A DNA stretch of 64,000 nt from positions 22,749 through 86,748 of the forward strand of contig JBPRGG010000177.1 of assembly GCA_051418075.1 (NCBI GenBank), given 5' to 3'. The DNA comes from Candidatus Cyclobacteriaceae bacterium M3_2C_046. GTDB taxonomy: Bacteria; Bacteroidota; Bacteroidia; Cytophagales; Cyclobacteriaceae. Under the pieces are notes generated by a model. The model saw nothing but the letters and a program-made list of their open reading frames with translations. It ran no database searches and was not told the origin of the DNA. The first letter of the stretch is position 1. Each line of letters begins with the position of its first letter. Positions 10,276 through 20,384 of this stretch are shown one piece after another. The translations under genes were made by a program, and so were the position numbers.

Positions 10276-11886
10276 ATGAAATATTTTGCCCAATTATTCA
10301 CTGAACTAGATCAAACCACCAAAACTCTGTCAAAAGTGAGTGCCCTGGTAAAATATTTTGAACAGGCTCCTGATCAGGATAAATTATGGTGTATTGCTTT
10401 ATTGATTGGCAAAAAACCAAAAAGAACGGTAAGAACCATTCTGTTAAGACAATGGATCGCTGAGGCGGCCAAACTTCCGGATTGGTTATTTGAAGAGAGT
10501 TATCATGTGGTGGGGGATCTGGCAGAGACCATAGCACTATTACACCCAAATCAGCAAAGCCAACAGGATCAATCCCTGACTTATTGGATCAACTATATCC
10601 GACAGCTTGAATCACTGGATGACCAGCATAAAAAAGAAAAGATCACACAGGCCTGGAATAGTATGGATCAGATGGAAAGGTTTGTATTCAATAAATTGAT
10701 CACAGGCGGGTTCCGGATAGGGGTATCCCAAAAATTGCTGGTAAGATCGCTGGCAAGTTTTACCGGAATAGAAGAAAATCTGCTCACCCACCGTCTTATG
10801 GGGCAATGGTCGCCAGATATTAATAAATTTGAAGACCTTATCTCCAGCCAAAAACCTTCGGATAATCATTCTCAACCATTTCCTTTTTTCCTGGCTTATG
10901 CTTTGGATAAACCTGTCATTGATTTAGGGGCACCAGCTGATTGGCTGGCTGAAAGAAAATGGGATGGCATACGGGGCCAGATCATTGTTCGTTCCGGAAA
11001 ACTTTTTGTGTGGTCCAGGGGAGAAGAACTGGTTACCGAAAAATTTCCTGAATTTCATCCACTGGCAGGATTATTGCCAGATGGCACCGTCCTGGATGGA
11101 GAAATATTACCATTCAGAGAAGGCAAACCTTTAACCTTTAACCTACTACAAACCCGAATAGGCAGAAAGAATGTAACCCGGAATATATTACAAAAAGTAC
11201 CGGTGGTAATGATCGTTTATGATTTGCTGGAATACCAAAGTCAGGATATCAGGACACGGCCCTTACATAAGAGAAGGGCCGCCTTAATGGATTTACTGCA
11301 AAAAAGCCAGGGAGTACAGTCTATCTTAAAGTTATCTGAACAAGTCCCTTTCAAGAAATGGGATGAATTGGCAGAAGCAAGGAAAAATTCACGTAACTTG
11401 CATTGTGAAGGGGTCATGTTGAAAAAATTATCTTCCCCGTACCAGGTGGGGCGTAAAAAAGGTGACTGGTGGAAATGGAAGGTAGATCCTTTAACCATTG
11501 ACGCGGTGCTGATCTATGCCATGAGAGGACATGGTCGACGGGCCAATTTATATACAGATTATACTTTTGCTGTATGGCAGAAAGATGACCTGGTTCCTTT
11601 TACCAAGGCTTATTCCGGGCTTACAGACCAGGAGATAAGGCAAGTTGACCACTATGTGAAGAAAAACACCATTGACCGGTTTGGCCCGGTAAGAAGCGTG
11701 GTGCCCCAACATGTATTCGAAATAGCTTTTGAGGGAATCAATAAGTCGACCCGGCATAAATCAGGCGTAGCATTGAGATTTCCCCGGATCAATCGCTGGC
11801 GTCATGATAAAAAGATTCGTGAAGCTAATTCACTGGATGATTTGCACCAGCTGCTTAAAGTGTATGAAACAGGAACAAGTGATTGA
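10276..11886 (+). CDS. ATP-dependent DNA ligase (bacterial ligase-associated type, about 536 aa)
   Basis: Adenylation motif I KWDGIR (ERKWDGIRGQII); size and position between the exonuclease and the DExH helicase. Confidence 0.85.
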   Translation: MKYFAQLFTELDQTTKTLSKVSALVKYFEQAPDQDKLWCIALLIGKKPKRTVRTILLRQWIAEAAKLPDWLFEESYHVVGDLAETIALLHPNQQSQQDQSLTYWINYIRQLESLDDQHKKEKITQAWNSMDQMERFVFNKLITGGFRIGVSQKLLVRSLASFTGIEENLLTHRLMGQWSPDINKFEDLISSQKPSDNHSQPFPFFLAYALDKPVIDLGAPADWLAERKWDGIRGQIIVRSGKLFVWSRGEELVTEKFPEFHPLAGLLPDGTVLDGEILPFREGKPLTFNLLQTRIGRKNVTRNILQKVPVVMIVYDLLEYQSQDIRTRPLHKRRAALMDLLQKSQGVQSILKLSEQVPFKKWDELAEARKNSRNLHCEGVMLKKLSSPYQVGRKKGDWWKWKVDPLTIDAVLIYAMRGHGRRANLYTDYTFAVWQKDDLVPFTKAYSGLTDQEIRQVDHYVKKNTIDRFGPVRSVVPQHVFEIAFEGINKSTRHKSGVALRFPRINRWRHDKKIREANSLDDLHQLLKVYETGTSD

Positions 11887-14305
11887 AATTGCTGAAAAAT
11901 GGTTTGAACTTCAAGGTTGGCAGCCTTTCCAATATCAGCGGGAAACCTGGAGAGCTTATCTGGAGGGTTGGTCAGGTCTGGTAAATGCACCTACCGGAAG
12001 CGGCAAAACCTATGCCCTGGGTTTAGGAATTCTGATGGAGTATTTGTCTAATTCGGAAAAACCTGTCACCGGTTTACAAGCCATATGGATAACCCCCATC
12101 CGGGCTTTGAGTACGGAAATTCAGCAGGCTATGCAAAAAGCCTGTAATGACCTTTCCATTCCCTGGGAAATCGCAGTCCGGACTGGTGATACTTCAGTAA
12201 GTGAAAGAGACAGGCAGCGAAAACATATACCTCCTTTTCTGATTACTACTCCGGAAAGTCTGCATCTGCTTTTGGCATCAAAAAACCATACCCGTTTTTT
12301 TAAAAATCTGAAATGCCTGGTAGCTGATGAGTGGCATGAATTACTGGGTTCCAAACGGGCGGTACAGCTGGAACTGGCGCTTTCTCATTTAAAGGTTATT
12401 CAGCCAGCATTAAAGATTTGGGGCGTTTCTGCTACTATTGGTAACTTAAAAGAAGGTCTGAATGTGCTGCTGGGACAACCCACCCAGCAACCTAAACACA
12501 AGATCATCAGGGCTCACCTGGAAAAGGAGGTACAGGTAACTTCCCTCATTCCTCCTGAAATTGAAAAATTTCCCTGGGCCGGTCATCTGGGTATTAAAAT
12601 GCTGGATCAGGTGGTGCCTATCATCATAAAAAGCAAAACCACCTTGTTGTTTACCAATACCCGGTCTCAATCAGAGATCTGGTATCATAGAATTCTGGAG
12701 CATTCCCCCGATTTGGCCGGTATTATGGCCCTGCATCACGGCTCCATCAGTCGCGACCTTAGAACCTGGGTGGAAAATGCATTGCATCAGGAAAAACTAA
12801 AACTGGTGGTTTGCACTTCAAGTCTTGATCTGGGGGTGGATTTTAGACCGGTTGAAACCATTATTCAGGTTGGGAGTCCTAAAGGAGTGGCGCGTTTTAT
12901 CCAAAGAGCCGGGCGAAGTGGTCATCAGCCTGGTGCTAAAAGCCATATTTATTTTGTGCCTACACACTCCCTGGAATTGGTAGAAGCGGCAGCTCTTCGT
13001 ACAGGCATTCAGCAGGGTAAAGTAGAATCCCGGCAGCCGTATATCCAGTCATTTGATGTATTGATCCAGTATTTAGTTACTCTGGCTGTTTCTGACGGGT
13101 TTGAACCTGGCCAGGTTTTTAAAGAGATTAAAACCACTTATGCATTTCAATCTATTTCGGAGCATGACTGGTATTGGGTTTTGCAGTTTATTACCACCGG
13201 AGGTGAAAGTTTACATGCTTACCAGGAATATCAGAAGCTGGGAATTGTCAATGGACGCTATCATATAAAAAACCGCCGGTTTGCCATGCGTCATCGGTTA
13301 TCCATTGGCACCATTGTAGGCGACAATGTGCTTAAAATTAAATATATGTCGGGGAAATTTATAGGTACCATAGAAGAATGGTTCATCAGTAAGCTGAATC
13401 CTGGCGATGTATTTTGGTTTGCCGGGAAAAACCTGGAATTTATTAAATTGGATGGGTTAACTGCTTTTGTCAGAAGAACCAGAGAAAAGAAAGGCAAGGT
13501 GCCCAGCTGGATGGGAGGCAGGATGCCACTTTCGTCTCAATTGTCTGCTTTATTAAGGCGTAGTTTGAATGAAGCCCTTGATCCTGATTGTGAAGTGGAA
13601 GAATTACGCGCCATCCGGCCACTTATCGAGAAACAACTGGAATTATCCATGGTGCCGGGTGAAAACGAATTCCTGATTGAAAAGATAAAATCCAGGGAAG
13701 GATATCATGTGTTTATGTTTCCCTTTGAAGGACGATTTGTGCATGAAGGCATTGCAGCCCTGGTAGCTTACCGCATGGCACAGATACAGCCCATCAGTTT
13801 TTCTATTGCGTTGAACGACTATGGATTTGAGTTATTATCAGATCAGGATATACCTTTGGAAGAAGCATTGGAACTGGATCTTTTCAGTAGTGAAAATTTG
13901 CTGGAGCACTTACAGGCCAGTTTAAATGCCAATGAAATGGCCAGGGCCAAATTCCGGGACATTGCTGCCATCGCCGGATTGACTTTTAAAGGATATCCGG
14001 GCAATTATGTTTCGGAAAAACATCTGCAATCTTCCTCACGGCTGTTTTTTGACATGTTCTATCAATATGATGCGGAAAACCTGTTGTTCAGGCAGGCTTA
14101 CCAGGAGGTGATGGAGTTTCAATTGCAGGAAACCAGGATGAGAGATGCCTTAAAAAGGATCAGTGGACAAAAACTGATCTTGCAATACCCGGATCGTCCT
14201 ACTCCCTTTGCCTTTCCTATTCTGGTTGACCGGTTAAGGGAAAGAATGAGCTCCGAACGATTGGAAGACCGGGTTAAAAAAATGACCCTGCAATATGATA
14301 AATGA
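11864..14305 (+). CDS. ligase-associated DExH-box helicase (Lhr-core-like)
   Basis: Walker A APTGSGKT, DExH box VADEWHE, helicase C-terminal motifs QRAGRSGH. The tracked ORF starts at 11804; a more plausible ATG (MKQEQVIEIAEKWF) at 11864 overlaps the ligase stop by 23 nt. Confidence 0.85.
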   Translation: MKQEQVIEIAEKWFELQGWQPFQYQRETWRAYLEGWSGLVNAPTGSGKTYALGLGILMEYLSNSEKPVTGLQAIWITPIRALSTEIQQAMQKACNDLSIPWEIAVRTGDTSVSERDRQRKHIPPFLITTPESLHLLLASKNHTRFFKNLKCLVADEWHELLGSKRAVQLELALSHLKVIQPALKIWGVSATIGNLKEGLNVLLGQPTQQPKHKIIRAHLEKEVQVTSLIPPEIEKFPWAGHLGIKMLDQVVPIIIKSKTTLLFTNTRSQSEIWYHRILEHSPDLAGIMALHHGSISRDLRTWVENALHQEKLKLVVCTSSLDLGVDFRPVETIIQVGSPKGVARFIQRAGRSGHQPGAKSHIYFVPTHSLELVEAAALRTGIQQGKVESRQPYIQSFDVLIQYLVTLAVSDGFEPGQVFKEIKTTYAFQSISEHDWYWVLQFITTGGESLHAYQEYQKLGIVNGRYHIKNRRFAMRHRLSIGTIVGDNVLKIKYMSGKFIGTIEEWFISKLNPGDVFWFAGKNLEFIKLDGLTAFVRRTREKKGKVPSWMGGRMPLSSQLSALLRRSLNEALDPDCEVEELRAIRPLIEKQLELSMVPGENEFLIEKIKSREGYHVFMFPFEGRFVHEGIAALVAYRMAQIQPISFSIALNDYGFELLSDQDIPLEEALELDLFSSENLLEHLQASLNANEMARAKFRDIAAIAGLTFKGYPGNYVSEKHLQSSSRLFFDMFYQYDAENLLFRQAYQEVMEFQLQETRMRDALKRISGQKLILQYPDRPTPFAFPILVDRLRERMSSERLEDRVKKMTLQYDK

Positions 14306-14385
14306 CCCGGTAACATCATTACAATAAAGTTTTGAAAACCCCTGCCTGATATTTTTGTTTTACAACCAACTAATATTTCAGGATC

Positions 14386-14862
14386 ATGCCTAAACCTCTT
14401 AAACGTCATCCGGCTTTAGTTCCACTGTCAAGGGACCATCACTTTGGTTTGTTACTGGTTTGGAAAATTAAACAGGGATTCAGTAAAAATGTATCCCCTG
14501 AAAGGATAAGAGGTTATACTTTACATGCTATTCAGCAGCATATAAAAACTCATTTCCAGCAAGAGGAAAAATGGCTTTTCCCCCACCTGGACCCTGCTGA
14601 TTCGATGAGAAAAGAAGTGGAAGAGCAGCATCAACAGCTTTACCAATTATTCAACCTTTTAAAAGATACTCCCCAAAAAGCTAAGGAAATATTGAAAAAG
14701 TTACAATCAGCTTTGGAAGCACATATTCGTTTTGAGGAAAGACGATTGTTTCCTTATATTGAAAGTGAATTGTTGCCGGATCAGCTGCAGGTAGTAGGTC
14801 AGAAACTGTCTGAGAACCATCAGGTTCCTAAAGAAAGTTGGGAAGATGTTTTCTGGAAATAA
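14386..14862 (+). CDS. hemerythrin HHE cation-binding-domain-like protein
   Basis: Paired H...HxxxE-like motifs (LSRDHHFGLL, HIKTHFQQEEKWLFPHL, HIRFEERRLFPYIE). Lies 80 nt downstream of the helicase on the same strand. Confidence 0.45.
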   Translation: MPKPLKRHPALVPLSRDHHFGLLLVWKIKQGFSKNVSPERIRGYTLHAIQQHIKTHFQQEEKWLFPHLDPADSMRKEVEEQHQQLYQLFNLLKDTPQKAKEILKKLQSALEAHIRFEERRLFPYIESELLPDQLQVVGQKLSENHQVPKESWEDVFWK

Positions 14863-14996
14863 AACTCTTCAGGGTTTACTTAAATTTTTTTGATGATGTA
14901 TAAAACAATCTTTTTCAGTTTTTATTTTTTCATATGCTAATATTTAACTAAAATTAAACTGGACATTTAAGCATAAATGAAATTGGGATTAAAGTT

Positions 14997-16436
14997 ATGA
15001 TGAAATTGCAAAGGTACGTCATCATTCTGATGATGGCGCTATTCAGTCAAAATGCCAGAGCCGATATCATACTGCCGGACATTTTCTCTGATCATATGGT
15101 TTTACAGCAAAAGGCTAAGATAGAATTATGGGGTTGGGCATCTCCGGCTGAACCTGTATCTATTACTTCTTCCTTTTCCAATCGGAAAATTGAAGTTGTA
15201 GCAGATAGTTCAGGTCAATGGAAGGTTGAGATCAGGACACCTGCTGCTGGCGGCCCTTATGAATTGATCATAACCGGATACAGCCGTAAGGTACTGCAGG
15301 ATGTGTGGCTGGGAGAGGTTTGGCTGGCTTCAGGTCAGTCCAATATGGAAATGCCTATTGATAGTATAGCAGCCCACTATTCCGGTGTATTGGATTATAA
15401 ACAGGAGATAGAACAGGCTGATTATCCTATGATTCGTCAGTTTGATGTACAAAATCATTATGCTTATGACCCTGAATTTAATGCAATAGGTCAGTGGGAG
15501 ATCATCAAGCCTCAGAATGCCGGAAATTTTTCAGCTACTGCCTATTTTTTTGCCAGAGAGTTGCGTCAGAAATTAGACGTACCGGTAGGTATCATTAATG
15601 CTACCTGGGGAGGAACACCTGCTCAGGCCTGGATCAAAGGAGAGGCTTTAAATCCGTTTCAACCTTATTTTTCCCAGGTGGAAGCATTAATTCAGGATAA
15701 TGAAGCACCCATTGACAAAAACTATCCCAGCGTCCTGTACAATGGCATGATTTCTCCGGTTATTCCGTATTCCATTCAAGGGGTGATCTGGTATCAGGGA
15801 GAATCAAATATTGGCAAACCTGAGGAATACGAAGATTTGATGAAAGTCTTGATCAACAACTGGAGGAACCAATGGGATGCCAGAAAATTACCGTTTTTGA
15901 TGGTGCAAATAGCCCCATATGATTATGCCAGCCGCAATTGGTTTAAAGGAGATGCATACAGCCTTGGTCGCTTGATTGAAGCACAGCAATCGGTGCTGGA
16001 TATGAGAAATGTTTATCTGGCTCCCACATCCGACATAGGTAACCTGAAAGATATTCACCCAAAAAATAAACAGGAAGTAGGTAAAAGACTGGCAAATATA
16101 GCCCTGGATGAAGTGTATAAACAGAAAGTGGATGTGATCAGTGGTCCGGTTTTCCATAAAATGAAGATCAAAGAAGGAAAAGTAATACTTTCCTTTAAGG
16201 AAACCGGTTCAGGAATAATGTTCAGTGGAGATAAACTGGAGGGTTTTGAAATAGCCGGGCCTGATCAAAAGTTTTATCCGGCTCAGGCTAGTTTAGATAA
16301 AAAAAACGTGGTTCTCAGTTCAGAAATGGTAGAACAACCGGTAGCGGTCAGGTATGCCTTCAAAAACACCAGCCAGGTGAACTTTTTTAACCAGGAAGGA
16401 TGGCCGGCCCGTCCCTTTCGTACGGATGACTGGTAG
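14997..16436 (+). CDS. sialate O-acetylesterase-like SGNH/DUF303 carbohydrate esterase, secreted
   Basis: Signal peptide; GQSNM nucleophile motif (LASGQSNMEMP); about 479 aa, typical of this family. Confidence 0.7.
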   Translation: MMKLQRYVIILMMALFSQNARADIILPDIFSDHMVLQQKAKIELWGWASPAEPVSITSSFSNRKIEVVADSSGQWKVEIRTPAAGGPYELIITGYSRKVLQDVWLGEVWLASGQSNMEMPIDSIAAHYSGVLDYKQEIEQADYPMIRQFDVQNHYAYDPEFNAIGQWEIIKPQNAGNFSATAYFFARELRQKLDVPVGIINATWGGTPAQAWIKGEALNPFQPYFSQVEALIQDNEAPIDKNYPSVLYNGMISPVIPYSIQGVIWYQGESNIGKPEEYEDLMKVLINNWRNQWDARKLPFLMVQIAPYDYASRNWFKGDAYSLGRLIEAQQSVLDMRNVYLAPTSDIGNLKDIHPKNKQEVGKRLANIALDEVYKQKVDVISGPVFHKMKIKEGKVILSFKETGSGIMFSGDKLEGFEIAGPDQKFYPAQASLDKKNVVLSSEMVEQPVAVRYAFKNTSQVNFFNQEGWPARPFRTDDW

Positions 16437-16591
16437 TTCCATGGATTATTTGGGGATTCTTAATTAATGCTGGTAAGTTATTCTGTGGTGTTTGAATTGG
16501 TTTCAGAAGGATGGAAGGTATTCAAATGCAATTAAAAGCTGTTGATAGATAGCTTTGATTAGATTTCAGGAAATGGTATAGATTTAAAAGT

Positions 16592-16636
16592 ATATGAAAT
16601 GAGACAGAATGCGAAGCCATCTATCTCATTTCATAT
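16592..16636. terminator. hairpin between convergent genes (possible bidirectional terminator)
   Basis: 13-bp perfect inverted repeat atatgaaatgaga (16592-16604) / tctcatttcatat (16624-16636) with a 19-nt loop. It sits between the esterase stop (16436) and the PPase stop (16648); flanking runs are A-rich. Confidence 0.35.
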
Positions 16637-16647
16637 TAAAAAAAGGT

Positions 16648-18864
16648 TTATTTAAAATAATCCAACAAGCTAAAAGCCACTGTTACACCAGACATCACGA
16701 TAGTCACCATACTCATCAGTTTGATCAGGATGTTAAGGCTGGGCCCGGAAGTATCTTTGAATGGATCACCCACGGTATCACCAATTACGGCTGCTTTGTG
16801 AGCTACAGAGCCTTTTCCACCTTTATGCCCTGTTTCGATGTATTTTTTAGCATTGTCCCAGGCTCCTCCGGAATTAGCCATAAATACAGCCAGTACGAAT
16901 CCGGCACCTAATCCACCTACCAGCAGACCAATAGCACCACTTACACCAAAAATAAGACCTACTACAATCGGCACTAAAATGGCCAGTAAAGAAGGCAGTA
17001 CCATTTCTACCTGAGCCCCTTTGGTGGAAATAGCCACACAGCGAGCATAATCTGGCTCTGCTTTACCTTCCATGATTCCGGCAATGGTCTTGAATTGTCG
17101 TCTTACTTCATCCACCATTTTAGCCGCAGCCCGACCTACTGCATTCATAGTAAGTCCACAGAAAAGGAAAGCCATCATTGAACCTATGAAAATCCCGATC
17201 AATACCCGGGGGTTCATCAGGTGTACTTCAAAATAGTTCATGAATTCATTGATATGTAGTTGATTCAGTTCTTCTCTGGTAAAAATTTCAGTGCCGTTAG
17301 GAAATATATAACTTTCAGCATCTTGCATCAGCCTGTCAATACCTATTTTCAATTCTTCGATGTAAGAAGCCAGTAAAGCCAATGCAGTCAGTGCAGCTGA
17401 ACCAATGGCAAAACCTTTTCCGGTAGCAGCGGTAGTGTTTCCTAAAGAATCCAGTGCATCCGTCCTGTTTCTGACTTCTGGACCCAGCTCACTCATTTCT
17501 GCGTTACCACCTGCATTATCAGCAATAGGTCCGTAAGCATCGGTAGCCAGGGTAATTCCTAAAGTGGAAAGCATTCCCACTGCGGCAATACCGATTCCAT
17601 AAAGTCCCATTCCCATATTATTCAGATCACCCCCAGCGGCAAAAATAAAAGCCAGAATGATACCAATTACTACTGCTACTACAGGTATTACGGTGGAGAT
17701 CATTCCATAACCAAGGCCCGAAATAATTACTGTTGCAGGTCCTGTTTCGGCGCTGTCAGCAATTTTCTGAGTAGGCTTGTATTCTTCTGAAGTATAATAT
17801 TCGGTGGCACGGCCAATTACAATACCAACAATCAAACCTGTTACAATGGCACCCCAAATGCCAAACCAGTTCTCCAGTTCAAAGAAATAAAGTAATACAA
17901 ATGATCCCACCACAATTAATACAGAGCTTACATTGACACCTCTCCCCAGGGATCCCAGAAGTTGTTTCTGGGTAGCACCTTCTTTTGTGCGCACCATATA
18001 AATACCAATAATAGAAAGTACAATACCAATGGATGCAATTAACATAGGTGCCATTACCGCTTTAATTTGCATAGCGCTGTTGTCAAGGAAGGCGGCAGCT
18101 CCAAGGGCAGCAGTAGCTAATATGGAGCCGGCATAAGACTCATACAGGTCAGCCCCCATTCCGGCCACATCACCTACATTATCACCTACATTATCAGCAA
18201 TGGTAGCAGGGTTACGAGGATCATCCTCGGGAATTCCGGCTTCTACCTTACCTACCAGGTCAGCCCCCACATCGGCAGCTTTGGTAAAAATACCTCCGCC
18301 TACCCGGGCAAACAAGGCCTGGGCAGAAGCTCCCATACCAAAAGTAAGCATGGTAGTGGTAATGATCATCATGTTGTGCGTGTCAGTGATAGGATAGAAT
18401 ATATCCAATACATAAAACCATACTGAAATGTCAAGCAGTGCCAGACCAACTACCACCAGACCCATTACAGCCCCACTGCGAAAAGCAACTTTTAAACCTT
18501 TATCCAAAGATTGTCGGGCTGCATTGGCAGTTCGGGCAGAGGCCATGGTTGCGGTTTTCATTCCAAAAAAACCGGCTAAGCCGGAAAAGAACCCCCCTGT
18601 AATGAAGGCAAAAGGTACCCAGGGGTTTTGCAATTCAAAACCATAGGCCAGGATGGCAAAAACTATGAAAAGAATTAAAAAGAAAACTCCCACAATCTTA
18701 TATTGCTGCTTTAAATAAGCCATAGCTCCTGTGGAAACGTGATTGGCAATTTTTTTCATCATATCCGTACCTTCATCCTCACTTTTCACCTGCTTAAAGA
18801 AAAACCAGGCAAATAGCAGAGCCAGGATGGCAGTACCCGGAATGATCCAGAATATACTTATCAT
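16648..18864 (-). CDS. hppA: membrane-bound H+/Na+-translocating pyrophosphatase
   Basis: 738 aa polytopic protein with [18 protein letters not shown] and [20 protein letters not shown] motifs. Ala in the GNTTAA motif suggests the K+-dependent subtype. Confidence 0.9.
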   Translation of the reverse strand: MISIFWIIPGTAILALLFAWFFFKQVKSEDEGTDMMKKIANHVSTGAMAYLKQQYKIVGVFFLILFIVFAILAYGFELQNPWVPFAFITGGFFSGLAGFFGMKTATMASARTANAARQSLDKGLKVAFRSGAVMGLVVVGLALLDISVWFYVLDIFYPITDTHNMMIITTTMLTFGMGASAQALFARVGGGIFTKAADVGADLVGKVEAGIPEDDPRNPATIADNVGDNVGDVAGMGADLYESYAGSILATAALGAAAFLDNSAMQIKAVMAPMLIASIGIVLSIIGIYMVRTKEGATQKQLLGSLGRGVNVSSVLIVVGSFVLLYFFELENWFGIWGAIVTGLIVGIVIGRATEYYTSEEYKPTQKIADSAETGPATVIISGLGYGMISTVIPVVAVVIGIILAFIFAAGGDLNNMGMGLYGIGIAAVGMLSTLGITLATDAYGPIADNAGGNAEMSELGPEVRNRTDALDSLGNTTAATGKGFAIGSAALTALALLASYIEELKIGIDRLMQDAESYIFPNGTEIFTREELNQLHINEFMNYFEVHLMNPRVLIGIFIGSMMAFLFCGLTMNAVGRAAAKMVDEVRRQFKTIAGIMEGKAEPDYARCVAISTKGAQVEMVLPSLLAILVPIVVGLIFGVSGAIGLLVGGLGAGFVLAVFMANSGGAWDNAKKYIETGHKGGKGSVAHKAAVIGDTVGDPFKDTSGPSLNILIKLMSMVTIVMSGVTVAFSLLDYFK

Positions 18865-18906
18865 ATTATTTAATTTTTATATTTCAAAATGATTAATTAT
18901 TAAATT

Positions 18907-19680
18907 CTAAAATCCTAAGGTTAAGGCAGATCGCCACCAGACATAATACTTGCTTTCCAGTTCCTCTCTGGAGGGAAATGGATAATACAAGATGGTTTTT
19001 TGATCACCCACAAAGAAACCGTTTTTGCAGGTACGGTAAAGGATTTCTCCTTTAAACATCCTGATCACGGTTTTGGTAAGTTTATCATGCTGATTGGTCA
19101 ATCCGATCAAACAGTCTCTCAAGTGGGGAATATTGGAATAAGGAAGATTTTCAGATGTGCCTTCCACCGGATCTTCAGCCAAACCATTCAGATCCAGCTC
19201 CACAAAAAACAAACGGGGTAATGAAACGTGATGGGAGGTATCAGTAACCCTGAGCAAGAAATCATAAGGTTCTAAAATACTGGCTACCCTTACTGTCACC
19301 GGAGATAACTCCTGGTATAAATGCAAGTGATTTTCCCGGGTTTTTTGATAAGAGGCCTGTTGCAACTCCAGTACACGACCATCATCAGTGGTAAGGTACA
19401 AACTTTTCAATGATTCCAGAGGAATGGTTTCCATCACCCTGTAAATAGATAAATAAACTGACCTTTTGGGTGTGCCATCCTGATGGGGAACACATCTTCT
19501 TTCGATATACTCCCGAGATACATAATCCCCAATTTTATCCTGGTCAACTTCAAAAAACACTGCTTGCCCACGTGTTCTTTTTTTGGTACCAACAGCCTGA
19601 TACTTGCCAAATTCCTCTGGAGGCAACATGGAGGAAATCAAGGCTTCAGGGGTTACAGAAAGATAAAGATATCGTTTCAT
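18907..19680 (-). CDS. hypothetical protein (257 aa)
   Basis: Long ORF with no recognisable motif; ends in Phe. Confidence 0.45.
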   Translation of the reverse strand: MKRYLYLSVTPEALISSMLPPEEFGKYQAVGTKKRTRGQAVFFEVDQDKIGDYVSREYIERRCVPHQDGTPKRSVYLSIYRVMETIPLESLKSLYLTTDDGRVLELQQASYQKTRENHLHLYQELSPVTVRVASILEPYDFLLRVTDTSHHVSLPRLFFVELDLNGLAEDPVEGTSENLPYSNIPHLRDCLIGLTNQHDKLTKTVIRMFKGEILYRTCKNGFFVGDQKTILYYPFPSREELESKYYVWWRSALTLGF

Positions 19681-20194
19681 TGTGATTTATATTTTTTGAA
19701 CTGTTAAAAAACTCGCTTCAGAATTGATGTATAACATAGCTTTTTTGGACATTTTATAGCTGCTTTAATTATAATTGATGGTAATATATTGATAATACTA
19801 CATAGTAACCAAGTATTTTATGGTATTTATCTAATAATCAATCGCGACAAATGTAAAGAAGTATATGTGTAAAGCAAAATATTAATATTAACTTTTTCCT
19901 GATGAAATGTAAGAAATTCGGCTAATTTCTATAAATATGAATGATTCAATGGCTCCATTTTTAATCAAAATAAAAAGTGTATAGCACAGGAATTAGATGT
20001 GCTTGATTTTTACGTTCTTAGGAGGTAACTCACCCCATTTTCAATTGGCAGGATGAAAAGCAGGAAAAATCTTTTTCATTTTATGCCAGAAAAATACATG
20101 CTTATATTTTATGATAAAATAGGCACATTTAAGACTATTAAAGGCTGATTTTCAGCCAAGCCGGAGCGAACTTGTAAATAATTTAGAAATAATG

Positions 20195-20230
20195 AAACAA
20201 TAAAATCATTTTTTCCTAATTTTATTGTTT
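20195..20230 (+). promoter_or_regulatory. 12-bp perfect inverted repeat in the 704-bp leader upstream of the large PAS kinase
   Basis: aaacaataaaat (20195-20206) / attttattgttt (20219-20230) with a 12-nt loop, about 155 nt upstream of the ATG at 20385. Confidence 0.3.
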
Positions 20231-20384
20231 AAACACCTATTGTAAATTTTTTTTCACTAGGTTGCCAGTTCATTTGTATATTGTTTAATCAGTATTTATT
20301 TAATCAGGAATTGAAAGTTTATTTGGCCTTATGAAATCAAAATATTGAAGACGCTAAAATATAAATATTTGAAGGTAATCGCTC

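Noticed and set aside
20355-20384. TAnnTTTG-like Bacteroidetes -7 promoter element (taaatatttg) just upstream of the PAS kinase start
   Set aside because: It is not an exact match to the consensus and lies only about 14 nt from the ATG, so it cannot be supported as a promoter from sequence alone.
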